Source: Cyclobacteriaceae bacterium
GTDB lineage: Bacteria; Bacteroidota; Bacteroidia; Cytophagales; Cyclobacteriaceae
Assembly (NCBI GenBank): GCA_031430395.1
Contig: JANPBK010000073.1
Span: 15,099-79,098, forward strand
DNA: 64,000 bases
Reading direction: 5' to 3'
Position 1 is the stretch's first letter; each line of letters opens with the position of its first letter. Positions 1-10,147 of this stretch are shown one piece after another. Both the position numbers and the translations under genes were made by a program. Under the pieces are notes generated by a model that was given only the letters and a program-made list of their open reading frames with translations, was not told the DNA's origin and searched no databases.

Positions 1-2
1 TA

Positions 3-149
3 TCTGCTTCTACGGTAGTGCTCATGATCTTCATGTTTACCCTTAATACCCGTAAACTAGACAGATGGGAAGCCTTCATCATGTTAATCGGTTATTTCGT
101 CTATACCATGTTTCTTATTGGCATCGAAAACGGGTCCATCACGTTCTAA
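3..149 (+). CDS. 3' end of a membrane protein, probably a calcium/sodium antiporter (YrbG-like); 5' part outside window
   Basis: Frame 3 is open from the window edge: SASTVVLMIFMFTLNTRKLDRWEAFIMLIGYFVYTMFLIGIENGSITF*. The hydrophobic helix-'KLDRWEA'-helix ending resembles CaCA-family C-termini. Confidence 0.5.
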   Translation, partial: SASTVVLMIFMFTLNTRKLDRWEAFIMLIGYFVYTMFLIGIENGSITF

Positions 150-157
150 TAAGTCAT

Positions 158-194
158 AAAAAAAGCATCCCATTAGTATTGGGATGCTTTTTTT
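158..194. terminator. Bidirectional intrinsic terminator
   Basis: AAAAAAAGCATCCCA-ttagtat-TGGGATGCTTTTTTT between two convergent stop codons. Confidence 0.85.
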
Positions 195-214
195 GTTTGA
201 GCTGTTATTTGTTG

Positions 215-958
215 TTATATCTTTTTTTCTAACACAGCGATTTTTGCCTGTGCTTCTTGTTTTCCTAACGAAAGTGCTTTCTTATATAGTTCAATCGCCT
301 CTTTATAGGTGTCCTTCTTTTTACGAGGAGCTAATTTCGTGCGATTAGCGGCTTCTTCCACAGCCTCACCTCTTGCGTAGTAAGAATCGGCTTCGCTCAT
401 CTTGCCTTGCACCATCAACTCTTGAATGCGGGCCTCAATCAAAGCAAGTTCTTGTTGTTTGGTAGTAATTTGAGCTTCCTTATCATTAAGCTCCGCTTCT
501 TGTAAACCAACCGTGGTGATCAGGTTCTGATTCTCATTTTTCAGTAAATCTACCTTTTCATTTAACGCAGCAATTTCTGTATTCCTCGCTTCCAAATCCG
601 CCTTCAATTTTTTAATTGTTGCTGCAAATGCATTGGCATTACCTTTTGACTTCTTTAGTGATTTCTCCAAATCGGTTATTTTGTTCTGCGTATCTTTGAC
701 GTAGTTGTTGATATCCTTCATCCGGCTTTTATAATTGTCGTACGTGGTACCTTCCACCATATTCACGCGTAGCAACTGGCGGCTAGCATCAATAGAGTCC
801 ATTAATACGCCAACTTCTTGCAGGGTTTGTGCGAATTGCTGACTCGTTTGCAATTCTGTTTTTAACGAATCAACTTGTGATTGAAGCTTTTCAGAATTAC
901 CTCCACAGCTTACCATCATTGCGCCTAAGGACGCTACAAATAAAAATTTCTTTACCAT
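215..958 (-). CDS. Coiled-coil lipoprotein, function unknown
   Basis: Likely start ATG 958 (MVKKFLFVASLGAMMVS-C, a lipobox). Long heptad-rich body and a TPR-like C-terminal helix pair (YYARGEA...YKEAIELYKKAL). The ORF track start at 1021 is probably too far upstream. Confidence 0.75.
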   Translation of the reverse strand: MVKKFLFVASLGAMMVSCGGNSEKLQSQVDSLKTELQTSQQFAQTLQEVGVLMDSIDASRQLLRVNMVEGTTYDNYKSRMKDINNYVKDTQNKITDLEKSLKKSKGNANAFAATIKKLKADLEARNTEIAALNEKVDLLKNENQNLITTVGLQEAELNDKEAQITTKQQELALIEARIQELMVQGKMSEADSYYARGEAVEEAANRTKLAPRKKKDTYKEAIELYKKALSLGKQEAQAKIAVLEKKI

Positions 959-1097
959 ACGGTTGTTAGTTTTAACTACGCCAAAATTACGTTCAGTTTT
1001 CTGAGTTTTAAGCAAGAACAAAATATTTTTTAAAAAACCGTTAAATCATTCGACAACCTGTAAATTGCACCGTTTTAGGTAACGATTTTACGTTTAA

Positions 1098-2438
1098 ATG
1101 CCCAAATTAATTACCACGCGCACGCGTATTGCAGACTTGGGCAAGCCGCGTGTTATTATAATTGGAGGCGGTTTTGGAGGACTTGAGGTTATAAAAGGTC
1201 TTCGTGGACTAAAAGCCCAAACTGTACTTTTTGATAAATACAACCATCACACCTTTCAACCACTACTATATCAAGTCGCAACTTCTGGTCTAGAAACCAA
1301 CTCAATTGTTGCTCCTTTTCGCAAACTTTTTAGAAATCACGATGATTTTTACTTCCGCTTAGGAGAAGTAAAGAGAATACGACCAGAGGAAAATAGCATA
1401 GAAACCTCAATCGGTGAGGTAAAGTATGACTATTTGGTAATCGCCAGTGGAGCGGTCACTAACTTTTATGGAATGACTGAGTTGGAAAAGAATTCCTCCT
1501 ACATGAAGAACATCGTGGATGCCACCAAACTCCGTAACAAAATCATTCGACATTTAGAATATGCATTGCTAACAGAAGATATTGAGGTGATGAACAGCCT
1601 AATGGATTTTGTGATTGTTGGTGGGGGCCCAACAGGTGTAGAACTTGCAGGTGCCTTAACGGAATTGAAGAAGAACGTATTTCCAAAAGACTATAAAGAA
1701 TTGGACATGCGAGAAATGGATATTCATCTGGTTGAAGCTAGTCCTCGATTGTTAAATGGTATGAGTGCTCAAGCCTCTGAGAAAGCGCACGAGTTTCTCA
1801 CTAAGATGGGTGTCAAAATCCATTTGGATACGGCCGTCAAGTCGTATGATGGTTATGAGGTACAATTAAGTTCTGGTGAAAAATTAATATCACGATCTCT
1901 CATTTGGGCTGCCGGGATCAAGGGAAATCCTATTGCCGGATTGAAAGAAGAAAATATTACTCGCGGGAATCGATTGTTGGTAGATGAATACAACCGCGTA
2001 AAAGGGTCTGACAATATCTTCGCCATTGGAGATGTAGCCCTCATGGAAGGAGATGAGAAATTTCCAAAAGGTCACCCTCAAATGGCCCCTCCTGCACAAC
2101 AACAAGGCAGACTAGTCGCTAAGAATATTAGAAATATTATAAATAAGAAACCTCTCAAGCCGTTTACTTATTTTGATACAGGTGCGATGGCAACGATTGG
2201 TCGTAATAAGGCAGTAGTGGACATGAAAGGAGGCATCCGTTTCCAAGGTGTGTTTGCCTGGTATGTTTGGATGTTCATCCATCTGATGGCTATTGTAGGG
2301 TGGAAAAACCGCGTATTTACTTTCTTTAGTTGGATGTGGAATTACTTCTCATTTGATAGAAGTAACCGCTTAATCATTGGTCGTAATGAAGAGAAAATAA
2401 TTCAGGAAGAAACAAAGTTACCAGAAGAAATAGCCTGA
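1098..2438 (+). CDS. ndh: Type II NADH:quinone oxidoreductase (NDH-2)
   Basis: Two Rossmann motifs (IIGGGFGG, IVGGGPTGVE), HTFQPLLYQVAT, IFAIGD, and C-terminal membrane-anchor helices. Confidence 0.9.
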   Translation: MPKLITTRTRIADLGKPRVIIIGGGFGGLEVIKGLRGLKAQTVLFDKYNHHTFQPLLYQVATSGLETNSIVAPFRKLFRNHDDFYFRLGEVKRIRPEENSIETSIGEVKYDYLVIASGAVTNFYGMTELEKNSSYMKNIVDATKLRNKIIRHLEYALLTEDIEVMNSLMDFVIVGGGPTGVELAGALTELKKNVFPKDYKELDMREMDIHLVEASPRLLNGMSAQASEKAHEFLTKMGVKIHLDTAVKSYDGYEVQLSSGEKLISRSLIWAAGIKGNPIAGLKEENITRGNRLLVDEYNRVKGSDNIFAIGDVALMEGDEKFPKGHPQMAPPAQQQGRLVAKNIRNIINKKPLKPFTYFDTGAMATIGRNKAVVDMKGGIRFQGVFAWYVWMFIHLMAIVGWKNRVFTFFSWMWNYFSFDRSNRLIIGRNEEKIIQEETKLPEEIA

Positions 2439-2452
2439 GGTACTGATATATC

Positions 2453-4453
2453 ATGGATTCAATTTCAAAAAAACATTCCCTTTCAGCAGCCGGAGTTTTA
2501 GTAGCGATGGGAATTATCTATGGGGACATTGGCACCTCTCCTATTTATACACTACGTTTTATTGTTGGTCATCGTGCCGTTTCTGAAGAATTAATCCTCG
2601 GAGGACTTTCGTTGGTATTTTGGACGCTCACCATTATTACGACTATAAAATACGTATACTTAGCACTTAGCGCAGACAATAAAGGAGAGGGTGGTATTTT
2701 CGCACTTTACGCACTCGTTAGAAAATATCGAGCAGGGTGGGTAATATTCCCTGCCATCATTGGCTGTTGTACATTAATTGCAGATGGTTTTATGACTCCT
2801 GCCATGAGTGTTACATCGGCAGTGGAGGGGATAAAAACACTCATGCCTTCCATTTCTGATCAGACCATTATTACGATCGTAATCATTATTCTCGTAGCTC
2901 TTTTTGTATTCCAGCAATTTGGTAGCAGTGTAGTCGGAAAAACATTTGGACCCGTCATGTTGGTTTGGTTTGTTTTTATTGGGGCAATTGGTGCTTATCA
3001 CCTATCGTTCAATTTTGGTGTTCTAAAAGCTATCAACCCAAACTATGGAGTTAATTTACTGCTAAAATACCCTGGAGGATTCTGGATTCTAGGAGCGATT
3101 TTCTTATGTACAACTGGAGCCGAGGCCATGTACTCGGATCTTGGTCATTGTGGAAAATCAAACATTCGGTTAGGCTGGGGATTTGTAAAAGTATGTTTGC
3201 TACTTAGTTATTTTGGCCAGGGTGCTTGGCTACTATCTTCATTCGAAGGGAAACCACTGGGCGAAACGATCCCATTCTTTTCAATGATGCCCGGATGGCT
3301 ATTAATCTTTGGGGTAATCATTGCTACGATGGCCACGGTCATTGCAAGCCAGGCCTTAATCTCCGGCACATTTACACTTGTCAACGAAGCGATGAAGTTA
3401 AAGTTGTGGCCTGCTACTCGTGTGCGTTACCCTAGCCAAATGAAAGGTCAAATTTATATTCCAGCGATCAACTGGATTCTGATGTTTGGTTGCATTTTGG
3501 TAGTACTTTATTTTAAAGCTTCCGATAAAATGCAGTCGGCCTACGGCTTGGCTATTACCTTTGATATGTTAATGACCACTTCTTTGCTGGTGTACTATTT
3601 TTCAACCGTTAAAAAATCAACGATCCGATCTACTCTTTTAGCCATTCTATTCTTTACGGTAGAGACTGCTTTCTTGATTTCTAACCTGAGCAAATTTTCT
3701 CATGGCGGTTGGTTCTCATTCTCTATCGCGTTAATTTTCTTTTTGATGATGTTCATTCTACTGCGAGCTCGAGAGCTTAGAGACCGTCATACCGAGTTTG
3801 TTGACTTGAAACATTATATACCGCTCATCCAAGACTTGCAAGCGGATACTTCCATCCCTCGAGAAGCAACTAATTTAGTTTACATGGCTGTTGCAGATAG
3901 TAAGCGATACATTGATTCTAATATCATTTATTCCATTTTCAAAAAACGGCCGAAGAAAGCAGATGTATACTGGTTTGTACATGTTGATACAGTAGATAGT
4001 CCGTTTACTTCAAAATATTCTGTGGACACGATCATTCCTAAAAAATGCTTTTTTGTTAGGATCAAACTTGGATTTAAAGCAGACCATCGTGTGAACCTGC
4101 TGTTTAATAGAATTTTGCATGACATGGCCGAAGCAGCCGAGATTGACTTGATCAGTCATTATGAATCGCTTCAAAAACACAGTATGCCTTCAGATTTTAA
4201 GTTCATTATGCTCCACTCGTTAGCTTCAGTAGATAGTGAAATATCCAGCTTTGATAATTTTATCATACAGGGATACCGATTCATTAAGAAACACAGCTTA
4301 TCTACAGAAGAAATGTATGGTTTAGAACTAGCTAATGTAGAAGTAGAACGTGTCCCTATTATGGTTGGTCCTCCTGCTAAAGTGCGCATCAAACGAGAAA
4401 AGGAAGACCTGGAACGCGAAAAAGAGCTTAAATACCACGGGCATATCAATTGA
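2453..4453 (+). CDS. kup: KUP/HAK/KT family potassium transporter
   Basis: GIIYGDIGTSPIY, ADNKGEGGIFALY and TGAEAMYSDLGH signature motifs; about 12 TM segments plus a cytoplasmic tail. Confidence 0.95.
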   Translation: MDSISKKHSLSAAGVLVAMGIIYGDIGTSPIYTLRFIVGHRAVSEELILGGLSLVFWTLTIITTIKYVYLALSADNKGEGGIFALYALVRKYRAGWVIFPAIIGCCTLIADGFMTPAMSVTSAVEGIKTLMPSISDQTIITIVIIILVALFVFQQFGSSVVGKTFGPVMLVWFVFIGAIGAYHLSFNFGVLKAINPNYGVNLLLKYPGGFWILGAIFLCTTGAEAMYSDLGHCGKSNIRLGWGFVKVCLLLSYFGQGAWLLSSFEGKPLGETIPFFSMMPGWLLIFGVIIATMATVIASQALISGTFTLVNEAMKLKLWPATRVRYPSQMKGQIYIPAINWILMFGCILVVLYFKASDKMQSAYGLAITFDMLMTTSLLVYYFSTVKKSTIRSTLLAILFFTVETAFLISNLSKFSHGGWFSFSIALIFFLMMFILLRARELRDRHTEFVDLKHYIPLIQDLQADTSIPREATNLVYMAVADSKRYIDSNIIYSIFKKRPKKADVYWFVHVDTVDSPFTSKYSVDTIIPKKCFFVRIKLGFKADHRVNLLFNRILHDMAEAAEIDLISHYESLQKHSMPSDFKFIMLHSLASVDSEISSFDNFIIQGYRFIKKHSLSTEEMYGLELANVEVERVPIMVGPPAKVRIKREKEDLEREKELKYHGHIN

Positions 4454-4486
4454 CCGATTGCGGACGTATTCGTTCGTATTTGATAC
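4451..4486. promoter_or_regulatory. Putative tandem enhancer (bEBP) sites, copy 1
   Basis: TGACCG-ATTG-CGGACG (4451-4466) and CGTTCG-TATT-TGATAC (4471-4486); a matching pair occurs at 12413/12433. Confidence 0.55.
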
Positions 4487-4538
4487 CCAATTGTCCTATA
4501 AAAGGCCGTTTCCAATTATTTTAGGCGGCTAAAATCAT

Positions 4539-4553
4539 TGGCACTGATTTGGG
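4539..4553 (+). promoter_or_regulatory. Putative sigma54-type -24/-12 promoter, copy 1
   Basis: TGGCACTGATTTGGG, 30 nt before the permease ATG; -24 box good, -12 box non-canonical. Confidence 0.45.
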
Positions 4554-4582
4554 AAGGTGTTGCTTGTATCTAACTGCAAGCT

Positions 4583-6946
4583 ATGCTCCGCAACTATATC
4601 AAAATCGCCTTTAGAAGTCTACTAAAAAATCAGACCTACTCCATTATCAACATTGGCGGTCTCGCCATTGGGCTTGCCTCCAGCGTCTTAATTTTTTTGT
4701 GGGTGGCTGATGAATATGCCTACGACAAGTTTCAAATCAACTACAACAACATTTATAAGCTCTACCAAAGTCAAGAATGGAATGGCCATATCGGCACGGG
4801 AAACAGCATGCCTTACCACCTAAAGGAAGCGTTGCTTGATAAGTCTAGCAAAATAGAGAGCGTTGTGATGACCAACTGGGGCGAAGGAAATTTGCTGCAG
4901 GTGGGAGAAAACAGGCTCAACAAATACGGCATTAGCGCGAGTGAAGATTTTTTTAAAGTGTTCAGCTACAAGATGATCGCGGGAGATCCTGCAACAGCAT
5001 TAAACGAACCTACCAAAATTGTCATTACCGAGTCTACTGCTAAATCGTTATTTAAAGACAGCAACGCTCTCAATCAAACCATTAAAGTTGATAACGGTGA
5101 TGAGCTCAAAGTATCAGGAATCATTAAAGATCTCCCGGAACAATCATTTTTGGAGATTGACTATATCTTGCCTTTCAGCTACTTCGAAAAAGAAAATTCC
5201 TGGGTACGCTATTCAAAAGATAGTTGGGACAATAATAGTTTCCAGATGTATGCGCTACTAAAAAATGGAACCACCAAAGAGGAAGTTGACCAATCCATCG
5301 TTTCAATTTTAAAGGACAATAACCCCAAAGCACCTACCGCCAAGTTGTTCCTGCATCCGATGGACAAGTGGCGTTTACATTCCAACTTTGAAGAAGGTAA
5401 AAATACAGGTGGCCAAATTGTTTATGTCAGGCTCTTCACAGCTATTGCCATTTTTGTTCTAATCATTGCATGTATCAACTTTATGAATCTGGCGACTGCA
5501 CGCAGTGAAAGCCGGGCACGGGAAGTGGGCATTCGCAAAAGCATTGGCTCACGCAGGAAAGAATTGATTCTTCAGTTTCTTGGGGAATCTGTCGCCATTA
5601 CCACTTTCGCATTTTTATTGGCAGTGGTAGTAGTAGAGTTAGTACTCCCGAGTTACAATATTTTAGTAAAAAAGAGTATTGCCATTAGCTATGGAGATCC
5701 TATGATATGGATAGCCGCCATTACATTGGTGTTGGTAATTGGATTATTGGCAGGGAGCTACCCATCCTTTTATCTATCCTCATTTGAAGCGGTAAAAGTC
5801 CTGAAAGGAAAAGTGAATGTGGGCAAAGGTGCGAGCACACCCAGACAGGTCTTGGTAGTGCTTCAATTTGGGTTTTCGATCTTTCTTATTGCCGGAACCA
5901 TCGTGATCTACCAACAGATTCAGCATGTAAAAAACCGAGACATGGGATACGATAGGGAAAACCTTATTCAAATTTGGATGAATGGCGAGCTTCAGAACAA
6001 CTTTAGCACCATCAGGCAAGAGTTGGTAAACACAGGCGTTGTCGAACACGCGTGTAAAAGCAATAGTCCTGTTACTGCCGTCTTCTCGAGCAACGAAGTA
6101 AAGTGGCCAGGCATGTCTACCGATCAACGCGTGGCATTTAGCACGATAGCCACAGAATACGATTATACCAAAACCATGGGAATCAAAATGATTGAGGGTC
6201 GTGATTTTTCTCGGGAATTTAACGACTCACTTTCAGTGATCGTCAACGAAGCAGCCATTAAAATGATGGGAATGGGAAATCCGATCGGCAAAAAAATTGA
6301 AACAAACGGTTCTCAATTGGAAATTGTGGGCGTGGTACCAGACGTTGTGATGGACTCGCCTTACCAACCCGTGGAGCCGATGACGCTGTTGTTCAATCCG
6401 GGATGGAGTAGCACCGTAACCGTGCGCTTGGTCAAAACAAAAGACATTCAAGCATCGCTTGCAAAAGTAGAAAGTATATTTAAAAAGTTGAATCCCAATT
6501 ATCCATTTCAATATCGATTCACAGATGAAGATTTTCAAAAGAAATTTACTGACATAAATTTGATTAGCCGATTGGCAGGAATTTTTGCTGGCCTGGCCAT
6601 TGTCATTACTTGTTTAGGACTATTTGGGTTGGCAGCCTTCACAGCCGAGCAGCGCACCAAGGAAGTTGGTATTCGCAAAGTGATGGGCGCGTCTGTGGCC
6701 AGTTTGGTTATGCTCATCTCCAAAGATTTTTCGCGATTAGTCATCATAGCGTTCGCCATTGCTGCACCTTTCGCCTGGTGGTTTTTAAATGGTTTTCTAG
6801 AGCAGTATGATTATCGTATTGAGGTAGCTTGGTGGGTATTAGGAGCTGTAGGTGCCTTTGCGTTGCTACTGGCTTTGATGATAGTAAGTGCACAAGCATT
6901 GAAGGCAGCCGTTACAAATCCCAGCAACAGTCTGAGAAGTGAGTAA
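4583..6946 (+). CDS. MacB/FtsX-type ABC transporter permease (duplicated MacB_PCD+FtsX), paralog 1
   Basis: 787 aa; NIGGLAIG, IACINFMNLATAR...REVGIRKSIG, EQRTKEVGIRKVMGA, C-terminal NPSNSLRSE. Confidence 0.9.
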   Translation: MLRNYIKIAFRSLLKNQTYSIINIGGLAIGLASSVLIFLWVADEYAYDKFQINYNNIYKLYQSQEWNGHIGTGNSMPYHLKEALLDKSSKIESVVMTNWGEGNLLQVGENRLNKYGISASEDFFKVFSYKMIAGDPATALNEPTKIVITESTAKSLFKDSNALNQTIKVDNGDELKVSGIIKDLPEQSFLEIDYILPFSYFEKENSWVRYSKDSWDNNSFQMYALLKNGTTKEEVDQSIVSILKDNNPKAPTAKLFLHPMDKWRLHSNFEEGKNTGGQIVYVRLFTAIAIFVLIIACINFMNLATARSESRAREVGIRKSIGSRRKELILQFLGESVAITTFAFLLAVVVVELVLPSYNILVKKSIAISYGDPMIWIAAITLVLVIGLLAGSYPSFYLSSFEAVKVLKGKVNVGKGASTPRQVLVVLQFGFSIFLIAGTIVIYQQIQHVKNRDMGYDRENLIQIWMNGELQNNFSTIRQELVNTGVVEHACKSNSPVTAVFSSNEVKWPGMSTDQRVAFSTIATEYDYTKTMGIKMIEGRDFSREFNDSLSVIVNEAAIKMMGMGNPIGKKIETNGSQLEIVGVVPDVVMDSPYQPVEPMTLLFNPGWSSTVTVRLVKTKDIQASLAKVESIFKKLNPNYPFQYRFTDEDFQKKFTDINLISRLAGIFAGLAIVITCLGLFGLAAFTAEQRTKEVGIRKVMGASVASLVMLISKDFSRLVIIAFAIAAPFAWWFLNGFLEQYDYRIEVAWWVLGAVGAFALLLALMIVSAQALKAAVTNPSNSLRSE

Positions 6947-7224
6947 GAAATATATTTTCAATAAGTAGACAGAACTATTAACCAGGATGAGGCAATCTCG
7001 TTTGCACTTGCTGCTCAAATTGAATGGTGGATACTGAATTCATTTTTGAACATTATTCAAATCGCCCTAACTTTCCCTATGGGGCATTTGAGTCGCAGGC
7101 GCTTAACACTACCATTCGTGGTGGGCATTATCAGAACGCTAGTGGATGGATTTCAAAAATGGCTAATCCCTACGGTTTTTGCGCTTAAAATTAAATCGTA
7201 AGATTGTAGTGCTTTAGGCAAAGT

Positions 7225-8787
7225 ATGAATCCCATCAAAAGAATTGCCCTCATCCTTACGATCATTTTTCTCATACCCGTACTTTTCTTTTCGGTGTATG
7301 AGATCTCTTCGCTTAACAAGGATGAAAAAATGATCGAAGACATATATAACAAGCAATTGGAGGCAATCCTCTTTTCGGTCAACCAACATGCAGATAACGC
7401 ATTGGAGAACTGGGTAGCAAAAGCGCAACGCGGCTTAGAAAATCGATCTATTGAAAAAGAAATTCCATCTTCTATACAGGCATTGCTTACCAACGCTGCC
7501 GTGAAAATGGTTTTTTTCGTGGATAGTTTGGATGATTCTTCCATTCGGGAATACACCCAAGATAGTCTGCTAATTGACTCACTTCGTCCTTTCATCATAA
7601 ACGCATTGAAAAAAAACAGCAAGCAAATCGATAAACTAATTGGCTATAAGAAAAGTGGGTTTCAAAAAATAGAAGTGATCCAAAGTGGTTGGCAGGGTGA
7701 TAACAATGGTCAGATGCTAATTTTTATAGCCGATGGCGTGGGTTCTCCTTTTCGAATTGCCGGACTTATCGTAGACCCTTCTGCCGTAATCGAAGATATT
7801 GTAGGCCCACGTCTCCAGGTAATTGCCAAAGATCAATTTATCTTGTCTGTATTCTCAAAATCATCGATCAACCCCATTTACTCGACCCAGCAAGGTGATA
7901 CCACTCGCCTAAACTCCGATGCATTCACGAAAGAACTTTGGATATTTCCCGATTACTCCCTCGGCATACGCACTAAAGGAGCATCGCTACAACAAATTGT
8001 TAAAGAACGCACAACGACCAATCTAATTTTCCTTGTTGGGCTAGATATCGTACTCATCATCGCCCTCGTTCTTGTTTTTAGAAACATAAAAAAAGAAGTT
8101 CAACTCGCACAAAACAAATCCGACTTCGTTTCTAATGTTTCGCACGAAATTCGTACACCGTTGGCCTTGATCAGTATGTTTGCCGAAACTCTTGAAATGG
8201 GACGCGCAAAAACTGAAGAGAAAAAACAAGAGTACTATTCAATCATCACCAAAGAAACGCAACGCCTTTCAGCTATCGTGAACAAAATATTAAACTTCAG
8301 CCAAGCCGAAGCTGGTAAGAAAAAGCTTAATATTGAATCTATTGAACTAACTAAAGAGATCCAGGCAATTCTAAAAACCTATGACTTCCATTTGAAAAAT
8401 AAAGGGTTTGAATATCATTTTGAACCGCGAGAGCCCCTTTTGGTTAGAGCCGACAAAGAAGCGATTACGGAAATGATCATCAACCTAATCGATAATGCAA
8501 TCAAATACAGCAGCACTCAAAAGAAAATTGAAATCACTGTAGGGCATGATGTTAACTTTGGATGGGTGACTGTAAAAGACCTTGGGTTGGGAATTGCCAA
8601 GGATGATCAGAAACATGTATTCGATAAATTCTATCGCGTTTCGAGCGGCAATTTGGCCAAAAACCAAGGCACAGGACTTGGGCTTTCCATTGTTAAAGAA
8701 TTGATTGAGCAGCAGCATGGAAAAATATCTGTCAATAGCGAACTAGGCAAAGGATCAACATTTACTCTTTACTTTCCACTCACATAG
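7225..8787 (+). CDS. Membrane sensor histidine kinase
   Basis: N-terminal TM, about 240-aa extracytoplasmic domain, second TM, H-box NVSHEIRTPL, N-box NLIDNAIKYS, G-boxes DLGLGI and GTGLGLSIV. Confidence 0.92.
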   Translation: MNPIKRIALILTIIFLIPVLFFSVYEISSLNKDEKMIEDIYNKQLEAILFSVNQHADNALENWVAKAQRGLENRSIEKEIPSSIQALLTNAAVKMVFFVDSLDDSSIREYTQDSLLIDSLRPFIINALKKNSKQIDKLIGYKKSGFQKIEVIQSGWQGDNNGQMLIFIADGVGSPFRIAGLIVDPSAVIEDIVGPRLQVIAKDQFILSVFSKSSINPIYSTQQGDTTRLNSDAFTKELWIFPDYSLGIRTKGASLQQIVKERTTTNLIFLVGLDIVLIIALVLVFRNIKKEVQLAQNKSDFVSNVSHEIRTPLALISMFAETLEMGRAKTEEKKQEYYSIITKETQRLSAIVNKILNFSQAEAGKKKLNIESIELTKEIQAILKTYDFHLKNKGFEYHFEPREPLLVRADKEAITEMIINLIDNAIKYSSTQKKIEITVGHDVNFGWVTVKDLGLGIAKDDQKHVFDKFYRVSSGNLAKNQGTGLGLSIVKELIEQQHGKISVNSELGKGSTFTLYFPLT

Positions 8788-8790
8788 AAA

Positions 8791-9474
8791 ATGGCAAAAT
8801 TACTAATCATTGAAGACGAACCTTCCATGCAACTCGGGTTAAAGGACAACATGATATTAGAGGGATATCTGGTAGAAACGGCAAGCGATGGCGAAGAAGG
8901 TTTGTCTAAAATAAAAACCAACTCGTTCGATCTGATTTTATTGGATGTGATGCTGCCTAAACTCTCCGGCTTTGATGTTTGCAAAGCTGCCAGATCATCC
9001 GGCATCGGCACTCCGATCGTTCTATTAACTGCGCGCGGAGAAGAAATCGATAAAATATTGGGTCTTGAGTTTGGAGCTGATGACTACATCACCAAACCAT
9101 TTAGTGTTCGCGAGTTATTGGCGCGGGTAAAAGCAATTTTAAGACGCAGTCAACTTCAGCCTGTAAAAGACACTGCCAGAACTACAATCGGCAGGCTCCA
9201 TATTGATTTCGAGTCCTTTCACGCCACAGAAAATCAGACGGAAATAAAGCTATCCCATAAAGAGTTTGAAATCTTATCTTATTTGAATCAACATAAAAAC
9301 CAAGTAGTAAGCCGTTACGATCTATTGGAAAAAGTATGGGGTTATGATGAACAACCCACCACCCGAACGGTTGACAACTTTATCGTTCGCCTTCGGCAAA
9401 AAGTAGAATTTAATCCCAACCAACCAAGATTCATTTTAACTGTACACGGCACCGGTTACAAACTCGTTATTTAG
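8791..9474 (+). CDS. OmpR/PhoB-family response regulator
   Basis: IIEDE, LLDVMLP (phospho-Asp), GADDYITKPFS, winged-helix RTVDNFIVRLRQK...TVHGTGYK; starts 3 bp after the kinase. Confidence 0.93.
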   Translation: MAKLLIIEDEPSMQLGLKDNMILEGYLVETASDGEEGLSKIKTNSFDLILLDVMLPKLSGFDVCKAARSSGIGTPIVLLTARGEEIDKILGLEFGADDYITKPFSVRELLARVKAILRRSQLQPVKDTARTTIGRLHIDFESFHATENQTEIKLSHKEFEILSYLNQHKNQVVSRYDLLEKVWGYDEQPTTRTVDNFIVRLRQKVEFNPNQPRFILTVHGTGYKLVI

Positions 9475-9544
9475 TCGTTAGTCGACAGCCCCTAATCTAT
9501 GGCTGGCAAGTAATCGGCCTTGGTCAATCGACCAATCACAAGCA

Positions 9545-9597
9545 GTTACATCTTGTTACAAACCTTTACCGCATGGTGACATCTTCACCCGGTGACC
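9545..9597 (+). promoter_or_regulatory. Phased direct repeats, candidate OmpR-family binding sites
   Basis: GTTACA at 9545 and 9555, TTTACC 9565, GTGACA 9576 (10-11-bp period), GTGACC 9592; GTTACATCTT and GTGACATCTT are near-identical. Confidence 0.5.
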
Positions 9598-9650
9598 TCC
9601 CGTTATTTGTAGTGTGAATCAAATTATAAAAACACTAAACAACTAATATC

Positions 9651-10055
9651 ATGAAAACAAAAATCATCATCGCGGGCGTTATCGTAGCAACCATCAGTGT
9701 TATGACATTGAGAAATGCTCAAGCACAAAATCAACAAGATCTTTCAGTAAAAATAATTCCTACCGCACAAAAGGACATCATCAAAGTTATCTACGCCTAC
9801 AACTCAGAGGAAGCAGTGAGTGTAAAGTTCAGCAATCGGGAAGAAGTTCTTAAAACAGACAAAATCTCTGCGAAAGATTTTCAAGGAGGTTTTTCAAAAA
9901 AATATGATGTCGAGAGAATGGATAATAAACCATTTTGGGTAGAAATAAGCAACTCTACTCTATCCGTAACCTATAGAATGAAATCGTTAAACGGTAGGTG
10001 GTCTGCGCAACTTGAAAAAACAACTAACAACAATCCAATAGTAGCAATGAATTAG
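9651..10055 (+). CDS. Small secreted protein, possibly a stand-alone Ig/T9SS-CTD-like fold
   Basis: Signal peptide ending AQA; beta-rich body (VSVKFSN...GFSKKYDV...FWVEIS). Confidence 0.7.
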   Translation: MKTKIIIAGVIVATISVMTLRNAQAQNQQDLSVKIIPTAQKDIIKVIYAYNSEEAVSVKFSNREEVLKTDKISAKDFQGGFSKKYDVERMDNKPFWVEISNSTLSVTYRMKSLNGRWSAQLEKTTNNNPIVAMN

Positions 10056-10060
10056 GGTTC

Positions 10061-10112
10061 GTTTGAGAAAGGTGACGTAGCTTTTGATCAGGCTACTCAC
10101 CTTCACTCAAAC
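10061..10112 (+). other. Long intergenic stem-loop (mRNA stabiliser or weak terminator)
   Basis: GTTTGAG/CTCAAAC, AAGGTGA/TCACCTT and GTAGC/GCTAC nested arms; no U-tract follows. Confidence 0.6.
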
Positions 10113-10147
10113 ATTTGTAATTTTACAACACTGATAAATTATTTCCT

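Noticed and set aside
6965-7201. 78-codon stop-free hydrophobic frame between permease 1 and the kinase
   Set aside because: There is no plausible start codon near its 5' end and no recognisable family; a frame of this length can arise by chance.
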